DNA of 64,000 bases. Origin: Tubiluchus corallicola (lineage: Eukaryota; Animalia; Priapulida). A program made the position numbers and the translations under genes. Under the pieces are notes generated by a model. The model saw nothing but the letters and a program-made list of their open reading frames with translations. It was not told the origin of the DNA and did not search any database. This document shows positions 28,901 through 37,217 of the stretch, piece by piece. The DNA lies in assembly GCA_030141605.1 (NCBI GenBank), contig JAQGDQ010000009.1, positions 1,054,001 to 1,118,000 of the forward strand, given 5' to 3'. Position 1 is the stretch's first letter, and each line of letters opens with the position of its first letter.

Positions 28901-31900
28901 TAGTTCACTTATATAAATTATGCTTCTTATTAGTTCACTTACATAAATGATTGCACATACGTATTTTTGACATTAATTAGTTCTGCAAATTCATTTAAAG
29001 CCTTTGCAATGCATACTAAGATGAGTGTTGACTCATACTTATATGGTAGTAATATACTAAACCTGTTGGCTGATTGACTCAGTCGGCTAATTGGGTCAAA
29101 ACACTTCCATCCCAAAGTGTGTCTATTAAGCGGTGCCTACAGTTGTTCATAGATTTAGTTAAAAGTTAGTGTGATCATATTATTAACTTATTATATTAAC
29201 TTAAATGATGCATCTTTGGTGAGTTAGATGATTTGGTTTGTTTTGTACGACAAATATCGATTAGCTATATTTTATTTTATTATCTTCTTCTCACTTGATT
29301 TTTACCCATTTTGCACCATTTCCTCAGAAGTATTGAAGTGAATAATTTTTTCTAGGAAAGATGCTATAAATATTGGCCTTCACATTGTAGTCAATTGGTT
29401 TTTGGCAATATTCAAGTTACTGTGACTTTTGAAAGTCATAGTGAAAATTACTATATTCGCCTTATGGATGTAAGATCAGTAAGTATATTCAAAGATTCAA
29501 TTATTCCCCACTTTTTTGATTATGCCATGTTTTGGTCATGCAAAATACTAGTAATATAATCACGTGTAATTATGCAGTTATCATCATCTTATTTTTTATT
29601 TGTTTTTCTTTAATTTTTACCATTTAATTTTTGCTAATAGAACTACTCTATCAGATGTCAAGAATTCCAGCAATGTTGCATAATTTATTTGCTTGTATTA
29701 CTAGAAGAAATGACTGATGTTCATTGTAAGTTCAATTTTTTCTGAACAATTTGCAAGGTTGTATGACAGTAGGTATCTATTTTTTGGTAGTTAACAATGA
29801 TAATGACGATACTGAGGTTGATGGTAGTAGTAATGATGTGATGTGTAGCTTTTTATTAAAAACATATCTTATCCGTTATGGGTTGATAAACTAGTTCTGA
29901 ATACTACATGCACTTAGATTATTATGGTACATTTGAGTTCATGGGGCTCTAATGTGTTATCCTAATACATAAATTAATGTATGGATTGTGCAAAAATGTA
30001 TTCGGGTATAGGTTGCTCGGCATAATGAATTTTGCCTTTATGAATTTCATAAATCCGGCATTTATTGGTGGTTTTGTACGGCAAAGCCGACTTTTGTGTA
30101 AAAAAGGATATTAATAGTGCCGATGACAACTACGTCTTAATCACAATGTTAGTAGTGATGTTAACGATGATGAAAGGTAATGGTGATTTGTAGTAGTAGT
30201 AGTAGTAGTAGTAGTAAAATCTTTATTTGCCATTTTAAAACATTGACCATCATAATAGAAGACGGACAACCAGTGTTAGTTCATATAAAAAAAACATACA
30301 CTGTTCTGGGCAAATGCGTCTGGTAGTGATGGTGGTGACTGCGGCAGTGACATTGAATATTGGGATAGATGATGATGATGATGATTTTGTTACAGCAAGA
30401 AGAGCAACGAACATTAACACAGATACAGTTTTTTGGATATGTGGATGACATGTGCCCAGAAGACACATCAGCTTTTTTGTCTATACCACCAGTTGTTCAT
30501 ATACAACGAGGTGCTAATAATAGCTCACCAGTTCTTGTACATTGCAGGTAAATGACAAGTATTGTGTTATTTGCTTGATTCTTCACACATACACATGATG
30601 ATAAAAAAACTGTTAACGAAGTTTTCTAGTCAAATGGATTTACTTTTGGTATTTTGCTTGTATTTGATATTAAATAATGGTAAATTATGCGCTGCACAGT
30701 TTTAGACCGATAATTGCTACATTCTCATTTTTATTATATATCGAATTGAGGGTGAAACCAACTAGTTTTTCTTACTAGAAAGCCTTTTTTGAGTCAAACA
30801 TTTTGCTGCTAATATGCTATCAACAAGTCACAGTCTAGATTAACAATTTATAAACTATATACAAATAGGTAATATTATACCTGCTCTCATTAACATGTGT
30901 ACCAAGTTCATTAGTGTTTAACTTTCATACACTCTGTGACCGCTCATTTTTTGGCTATTGACTAAACAGAGAACAGCTCATAAAGAGTCATTGCAATTAA
31001 TATAAATATGCATAATATTTATTTGTAGTAGTGGATCCGGTAGGACTGGGTCATATGTGTGTGTCGACCGCTTAGTAAAATCCATTCAACAAGGAGCTGA
31101 TACTATTGATGTGTTTGGGCTTGTACTGCAACTGTTAGAGTATAGAATAAAAATTATCCAGACTGAGGTAAAGAAATTAAATTGGTAAATTGAACTTTTG
31201 TCACAAACATGTTAATTACTAGCCTTCTTGCTTGTAATATTATTCAGCAAATAATGCATTCGAATGACGCTTAATGTATTTGTTGATGTTCTGATGTAAT
31301 TCTGATGAAATAATCTAATCGATGATTTTAGTAGTGAATTTCTTTATTACTGTTATAGGCTGAGTACATGTTTATACATAGATGCATTAGAGATATGCTG
31401 GCCAAGCAGTCTGGTGATGCAGTCAATGAAATTACATGTAGGTATCCACATATTGGTATACTCTATGTTTACTGCCATTCCAGTGCGATAACTACACACC
31501 AGCATGCCTCGTAGGTGAAGGGGGTGGGGATAAGTGTTAGAGGGGGCCATTGTCGTAAAAAAAGCCAACATGGGCACCAACAATAATTACATTTGTCAGA
31601 CACGTTGCAAGGTTGTATGACAATAGGTATCTATTTTTGGTAGTTCATAATGATAATGACGATACTGAGGTTGATGGTAGTGGTAATGATGTGATGTGTA
31701 GCTTTTTATTAAAAACATACCTTGTCCGTTATGGGTCGATAAACTAGTTCTGGTTACTGCATGCACTTAGATTATTAGCGTACATTTGAGTTCATGGGGC
31801 TCTAATGTGTTATCCTAATACATTAATTAATGTATGGATTGTGCAAAAATGTATTTGGGTATAGGTTGCTCGGCATAATGAATTTTGCCTTTATGAATTT

Positions 31901-33007
31901 CATATATCCGGCATTTATTGGTGATTTTGTATGGCAGAGCCAACTTTTGTGTAAAAAAAGGATATTAATAGTGCTGATGACAACTACGTTTTAATCATAA
32001 TGTTATTAGTGATGTTGACGATGATGAAAGGTGATGGTGATTTGTGATATTGGTGGTGGTGACTGCGGCAGTGACATTGAATATTGGGATAGATGATGAT
32101 GATGATTTTGTTACAGCAAGAAGAGCAACGAACATTAACACAGATAGTTTTTTGGATATGTGGATGACACATATGTTGGCTTTTTTTCATAAATCATTTT
32201 TAAAATTGTAGCACATCAGTAAGCTGTAAAAAATGTGCATTGAATAATAAGAGTAGATCATTTTGCAGGGGTCTCCGAAGCGTAGGTATGCTGCTGTGCT
32301 GTTTTCGACTATTAGCAGCCATTTTACCTCCTAATGGGAAAATTAAACTTAGCTTGTATAACCACAAGTTTATGTTTTAAAAAGATGACACATTAAATGT
32401 ATCTAAATAGACAGGCTGATCTTACATATACCAAACGAAGTACTTCAGTAGCAAAGTTATCAAAATTTTAAAAAATTCTATAAAGTGTTACAAAAATTAA
32501 TTTATCAAAAAAGAGTGTAGATCTGGTGAACCATGGTTTTTTGGACGTTCCATAAAGTGAATAGAATATCTATTTTTATCTACATCACTTTATGCATTAT
32601 TAGATTATTTCAGAACTAGTTTGTTTTGTAAGTTTGCATTAGCAGATGCTCATTTTAAGCTTTACTCTTTGGTATTTAAAATAAAATTTCAATACCTTTT
32701 CATATTTTCAGAATTTAGACAAAATTTTGTTCTTGGTGGTTCTATATTTCTTTGAACGTGTTTTAGTATTTCTCTGTGTTTTATTCCTTGTTTTTCTTGT
32801 ACCAGATGCTGATCTTACATTGTATTCTGGAACAGTGCTGAATTTTTTGGTTATTTCTGCTTATCGCATTTTCTTTTTTGCGTAGTCTGTAACTCTTTTT
32901 TGTTCATTCACGTTTACGGCATTTTTTAAAATTATTTAACTTATTTTTCAGATGAAGTTCCGATTTCACCTTCTACCCTGGTTAGTGCAAACAAAAACAT
33001 TAGCTAA
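66..33007 (+). CDS. Gene A: R3/PTP10D-like receptor protein tyrosine phosphatase with degenerate catalytic motifs (5'-partial, 28 exons in window)
   Basis: Phase-consistent exon chain: 66-359, 1670-1864, 2616-2726, 3972-4256, 5386-5580, 8908-9015, 9817-10095, 11517-11717, 13125-13223, 13472-13690, 17023-17130, 17915-18097, 19012-19113, 19756-19911, 21090-21311 (GC donor), 21952-22069, 22911-22975, 23186-23285 (TM), 23603-23689, 25133-25208, 25402-25498, 26279-26355, 27941-28075, 29356-29478, 30396-30547, 31029-31167, 31359-31437, 32952-33007 (TAA). It encodes FN3 repeats, a YCNGPLK membrane-proximal domain, a TM segment and PTP motifs KNRF, DYINAS, WRMIWE, YWP, VHCSSGSGRTG. Confidence 0.9.
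6495..7241 (+). mobile_element. Non-autonomous Tigger/pogo-like DNA transposon
   Basis: TA|CAGGAGGTGCCACTTAATAGACTCAC ... GTGAGTTTATTAAGCGGCACCTACTG|TA terminal inverted repeats; body similar to the copies at 23916, 28296 and 52372. Confidence 0.8.
9140..9375 (+). mobile_element. 3' remnant of an RTE-like LINE
   Basis: Reads KIKIRRLRWVGHLIRL...KRPPGKIKINW then a decayed AAD*NR*R, matching the RRLRWxGH / RPxGRP / AxDRxxW C-terminus of RTE-clade ORF2. Confidence 0.65.
10706..11057. repeat. Tandem duplication, 2 x about 175 bp (period 177)
   Basis: tgtgatacacttgcag...ctttgtactatt starts at 10711 and again at 10888; the matching gene B intron (about 62615-62790) has one copy. Confidence 0.9.
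15034..15095 (+). pseudogene. Truncated, frameshifted pseudo-exon copy of the 108-nt half-FN3 exon
   Basis: Intact acceptor, then ctgaactcgaaggtagtgaaacc...gtccagctttt (1 nt shorter than gene B gtccaagctttt); similarity ends near gatctaggca and there is no donor. Confidence 0.8.
15444..15723 (+). repeat. Dispersed copy of intron segment 21408-21682
   Basis: ctcttactgatattgctggtg...gatcacatttttgtgtca is present at both places with scattered substitutions. Confidence 0.85.
18163..18534. mobile_element. MITE with about 28-bp imperfect TIRs at a TA site
   Basis: TATACACTCATATCTTGGTTTCCGGAC (left) vs GTCCGGCAAAGCAGGATGTGAGTGTATA (right); the paralogous gene B intron (near 56750) lacks it. Confidence 0.7.
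18337..18788. repeat. Tandem duplication 2 x 223 bp with a 6-bp spacer
   Basis: 18337-18559 and 18566-18788 look identical and are separated by aacaat; the duplication copies the MITE right end. Confidence 0.92.
23186..23285 (+). CDS. Gene A transmembrane exon
   Basis: ttttcag acceptor and gtaagt donor; translates SKLLWLVGLAAGILPLCALIIIALMYIKRSKK, a hydrophobic span followed by a basic stop-transfer. Confidence 0.88.
23916..25064 (+). mobile_element. Tigger/pogo DNA transposon deletion derivative with transposase N-terminal remnant
   Basis: TA|CAGTAGTCACCGCTTAATAGACTCA ... TGAGTCTATTAAGCGTCGACTACTG|TA. From ATG 24370 it reads MEHKHKDLTVKEKLKILEQYD..., then after a frameshift ...VESALKVWFTNTREKDAQVNATLMRQKAEDLAKK (Psq-like and CENP-B-like HTHs). 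No DDE domain. Confidence 0.85.
25133..31437 (+). CDS. Gene A PTP-domain exons (atypical / candidate pseudophosphatase)
   Basis: Exon sizes 76, 97, 77, 135, 123, 152, 139, 79 match gene B (82, 91, 77, 135, 123, 152, 136, 64). Motifs read YIVAQSP, GYVDDMCP, HCSSGSGRTG, IIQTEAEY. Confidence 0.88.
25499..25815. repeat. About 54-bp minisatellite, about 6 units, starting at a splice donor
   Basis: Unit gtacg/gtatg..gtgcatttgcta.atc.cgcttt.gtag.cct...; GT positions 25499, 25553, 25607, 25660, 25713; A/B subtypes alternate in the first four units. Confidence 0.85.
27120..27620. repeat. Degenerate interspersed repeat, DINE-1/Helentron-associated-like
   Basis: Two imperfect blocks of (TGTC)n followed by gctgat.c.att.caaccaaact; family assignment is from resemblance only. 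Confidence 0.35.
28296..29142 (+). mobile_element. Non-autonomous Tigger/pogo-like element (same family as 6495 and 23916)
   Basis: TA|CAGTAGGTACTGTTTAGTAGACTCACGG ... GTGTGTCTATTAAGCGGTGCCTACAG; shared internal ggccgcttctattcaaat and aattgggtcaaaacac. Confidence 0.78.
30190..30320 (-). mobile_element. Short retroposed 3' tail (AATAAA plus (TAC)n)
   Basis: Minus strand reads caAATAAAgatttt(act)n; the segment is absent from the duplicate at about 32040. Confidence 0.45.
31605..32169 (+). pseudogene. Duplicate of 29751-30450 carrying a truncated WPD-loop pseudo-exon (32117-32169)
   Basis: Near-identical intron plus acceptor ttttgttacag|caagaagagcaacg; 2-nt deletion (cagatagttt vs cagatacagttt); ends at gatgaca. 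Confidence 0.88.
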
Positions 33008-33589
33008 GAGCAAAAGCAAAAACCAGAAAGTGTGTTGCATTCTGTTTCCGGATGTGCTGAGTGACCATTTATAGTGACCAGATATTCTTTACAAAGTGAG
33101 AATATGACTAAAAAAATAAGTTTTGATTCTCTGGACTATGAAGCTAACCTACAAACAGAGCATTTTAGATTGCACAGTTTTGGTAATTACTGCATTACGA
33201 TGTAATGTAAAGATTTCTGTAACTTTCTTACAAGTCTTTATACTATCTTTGTTTGTCGTTACTTCTAATATATTTCATTATTACTACTCTACCTACTTCT
33301 TAACTTGTGTAGTGATTTCACTGTATTTTTAAACTTGTTCAGAATTTTACTAATTTTTATACTTTTGCTTCACTTCAATAATTTTTAGCATGTATTTAAG
33401 TGTTTAAGATGTAAAAATTTATTGCTTTTACAAAAATGATCTAATCTAATGTAGCATTCATCCTAGACAGTTGCTCACTTCTATTTTAGAAGTTTCTCTT
33501 CATTCACAGGGTTAAAATTCATACTTGAGAGTTTCTACATTTCACACGTATAGAAAATTCTGGAATGCATGCTCTGTTTACTTTGTATT

Positions 33590-33595
33590 AATAAA
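33590..33595 (+). promoter_or_regulatory. Candidate poly(A) signal of gene A
   Basis: AATAAA about 580 nt after the stop, followed by T/GT-rich sequence. Confidence 0.45.
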
Positions 33596-35583
33596 AAACA
33601 TTTTTGTTAAATTTTTTTGTTGCATGTTAATTTACAACTCGTTCATTGTTATTCTTCTTTTTAAACAGGAATGCGTGTTCTCTTAATTCTTTTATACTAA
33701 TTAAAATCGTCAATTGTTTTCACTTGTTGAATGTTAGTTATCATAATTATTAGCCATATCTTGATATTGTTTAGCATTAATTTTTTTTTCCAATGCTGCT
33801 TTTGTCTCTGTTAATATGAGCAATTAGACTTCACACATGAGTGTCTAGGTGTCTAGTTTCCTGACCACTAATTACAATGTGCATTAGTTAATTTCTATAA
33901 AAGGTCTGACCCAAAAACACTTCTCAGGTGCACCTGTTGAGTACCTGGTTTGGTTATGTCATTCATTTCAACTTGTTTTACCATGACAGAGATTTCTAGG
34001 AGGTCTCTAAGTGTGTGTAAGCTTGAGCTTTTTGAGTGCTAAAAAGCAGAGTACTACAGAAAAACTTATGCACCACATTTACGATTGGCTGGAAAAGTGA
34101 CAACAATCAGGGTGGAATTTAGAACTCAAAAGCCTTAATTTATGAAATTCTGTATAAAGTTACCAGTTCTTTAAAAGTCCTCTTCATATTCTTTAACTGC
34201 TTCAAAGCAAATTATAATTATGTTGCAGAGGCTGTATATGCAAAACCTTTGGAATGAATGCCAGCCGAGAGTTAGTACAAATAATTTGCAGACAATGCTT
34301 TAATTTTTTTAACTAATTTAGTCAGTTGTTATGCATGGAGCATTAATAGGAATAGTTGTTTGCAAAAAATCGTGATAACTGCAACTTTTGGTAATTAAAA
34401 TAAAAATAAAATTAAAGTAATATTCCAGAATTACCAAGCACAAAGCCACCTATTACCTTATTAAATCACATAAAAATTATACTTGATACATGTTCACGCA
34501 AAGCGTTATGGTTTTTCTTGCTAATGTATATGGAACATTCACAATATTCCCCAACGTTTTAAGATGGCATAGAGTTCTGATTACATGGCAGTCATCTTGT
34601 TAGGCTAATTCATTGATGGATAATTCATCAATGGAGAATTCATTAATCTCTATGTCAGTTTTAGGCTCGTTTTTCAGGTGGGAACCATACAGATTGAAAT
34701 TGTCTTTGCTTGCCTTCTTCAAATGATGATATTTCTCCAACTCAGCTTTTGGGCGACGAAGACGAAACAAGTCTTGAACAGATTTACAGAAAATACAAGT
34801 TTTGTAAAATGTGACTCGCTGTTTTTAAGGCGCGATTCAAGCTTGCTTAAAAGTGTAGAAGTGGTTTGTTCAGCTACAAATATTGTCAGACATGGAATTT
34901 ATATGGTAAACCATAAAATAAATACATGTGGAAATGTCTGCAGGGTGACACAAAAATTTCCAGTGCGTAAATTACTCTAAAAGTTTAACTGCCTTAGCAT
35001 CATATATTGCACGTTGTGTTAGAGATCAGCAAATGAAAGGTGTGTGACTTTTATTTTTTTTCTTATTACTGAGCACGTGTTCATTGCGCAATTAAACATC
35101 AAAGTCAATAATTATAAATGCAAATGTTGAGATCAAATTGCCTTTATTTGGCATGCAGACAGTGTTATTTTGATTTACGCTTTTAATTTTGTTAACAATT
35201 ACATAGTTGCTTAACCTGTACATAGTTGCTCAACCCATAGTAAATTATTTTAGAGGTGACAAACAACCAATTAATATCTTTAAACCTTTTTACTTAAGTT
35301 TCTACATCATCTACATCTGTGACAGCGGCACTTAAATTTGTAGGTTCTTATGTACAATGCTAAATACAGACATTATTATTTATCATAACACAATACTTTG
35401 TACCGTTAAACAGTGTCTCTTACAGATGAAATGAAGCTGTAACTTTCTGTCAATTTTCCACATTATTCGTATGGAATGGTGCATCAGAAAAATGTCACTT
35501 CGCAAACAAGTCTTCGAAGCTTAATTTGCAAAAAATTTAGCTTACACATTTAAGGTTTACTTTAGTTGATTGTAAAGAGTCTG

Positions 35584-36618
35584 TCAGTTAGTAATAATGA
35601 CTTCCACTAGTGCATTTCCTTCTGTACTGCTTTCGGCTTGACAACTTAGGATTCTCTTAGCTGCCTTTCTGAATTCTCGATAACGGATAGTATAAATTAA
35701 AGGATTGATCAGAGAATTGACCATATTCAGGGGTCCAACTGCAGAAATTGATATGATCTCAGTCCCCCGGTACGAATTCAGCAATAAAGCTATCTGCATC
35801 GGTGTCCAGCATATTATCAAAGATATGAGGAGGAGTATGATCGTTCTTGCGACTGTTATCTCACTTTTAATAGACGTATCTTGTGGACTTGATACTTGAT
35901 TATTTTGCGTGTTTATTGCACGGATGTGCCGACGTGCAACAGTGAACACTCTGCTGTATAAGCATGTGATAATTAAGAGAGGAAGGAAAAACTGTACGAT
36001 AGTAAGAGCGGTGTAGTACTCAATGCTGAAGATTTTGTTATCATCGCAAACAGTGAATGTATCTGCATCGCCTATGCCCATCATAGGAAAGAGAGAAAAT
36101 ACTGATGCAAAGATGACGATACCTGCTGTCATGATACGTGCCTTCTGTTTAGAAATTAGGTAATGGTATTGAAATGGATGAACGACGGCAACATACTGAT
36201 TAAATGCAACCGCTAAGAGACAGAATGTAGAGATGATGGCTGACATAATCACGGTAGAATACGACCAAAGACAGAAATTCCTGCTTGCGTCAACTCTAGC
36301 ATCCGAATATTTAAGAAAACTGAATGCTATATACAGTGTTGAATAAAATACATCCGATGCAGAGAGCAGGGATAAAAAGAAATACTTGACATCTTTGAAA
36401 TCTGTATACCTTTTTTTGAAAAACACAGCAAGTACTAAGCTGTTAAGGATGATCACAATACTAGACAAAAAACATCTTGATAGAATATCTTTGACACTCC
36501 ATATGTGAGTGAGTGTTGTAATCAGATAAGTATCATTGCAGCCGCTCTCTTTTGATTCATTGCAATTCATCTTTATCAACGACTGACTACGTCTATTTCT
36601 GAAATTTGGAAAATGCAT
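35584..36618 (-). CDS. Intronless class A (rhodopsin-like) orphan GPCR, 344 aa
   Basis: Seven hydrophobic segments; TM2 LSASD, TM3 Cys and FNQYVAVVHP (DRY position), TM5 FLP..LY..ARRH, TM6 CWTP, TM7 NSLINPLIY, helix 8 EFRKA, N-terminal sequons NES and NDT. The second Met may be the real start. Confidence 0.93.
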   Translation of the reverse strand: MHFPNFRNRRSQSLIKMNCNESKESGCNDTYLITTLTHIWSVKDILSRCFLSSIVIILNSLVLAVFFKKRYTDFKDVKYFFLSLLSASDVFYSTLYIAFSFLKYSDARVDASRNFCLWSYSTVIMSAIISTFCLLAVAFNQYVAVVHPFQYHYLISKQKARIMTAGIVIFASVFSLFPMMGIGDADTFTVCDDNKIFSIEYYTALTIVQFFLPLLIITCLYSRVFTVARRHIRAINTQNNQVSSPQDTSIKSEITVARTIILLLISLIICWTPMQIALLLNSYRGTEIISISAVGPLNMVNSLINPLIYTIRYREFRKAAKRILSCQAESSTEGNALVEVIITN

Positions 36619-36676
36619 CCAAATAAGTGTCTTGAAAAGTATTTAAGTATTTTCTCTTTGAAGTCTCCTTTACTCC

Positions 36677-36683
36677 TTATATA
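36677..36683 (-). promoter_or_regulatory. Candidate TATA box for the GPCR
   Basis: TATATAAGG on the minus strand about 60 nt upstream of the first ATG; weak evidence in an AT-rich background. Confidence 0.3.
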
Positions 36684-37012
36684 TCCTAATTTAATTTACT
36701 TATTAATAAAAATAATAATGAAATTAATTTTGTAATTGCTCCTTCAAATAAAACTTTAAAACTTAAAAATGTCATAATTACAATTACATATTTAAGAAAA
36801 TGCCATACAATTAAAATTATTTAAAATTTTCACACAAAACGTACAAATTACATGCAGGCAAAGAAATTGCATTCAAAAAAGTAGGTAGTTATTAAAGTTT
36901 TCAACTTTTTACATAATAACTTTAAAGTGATGTGTCTTCAATTGTTTTGCCTGGCATAATTTAATCTTGTTAGTCAGCTTTTATTGTTGGTTGTAACTGA
37001 TCTGATTTAGTT

Positions 37013-37217
37013 ACTGTAGTAGTAGTGGTAGTGGTAGTGGTAGTGGTAGTGGTAGTGGTAGTGGCAGTGGCAGTGGCAGTGGCAGTGGCAGTGGCAGTGG
37101 CAGTGGCAGCGGCAGCAGCAGCAGCAGTAACACCACCACCAGCAGTAGCAGCAGTACTAGTTGCTGTTGCTGTTGTTGCTGCTGCTGCTGATTCTGTTGT
37201 AGTAGTAGTAGTTGTTA
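37013..37217. repeat. Compound tri/hexanucleotide microsatellite
   Basis: (GTA)n(GTAGTG)n(GCAGTG)n(GCA)n...(GCT/GTT)n(GTA)n. Confidence 0.95.
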
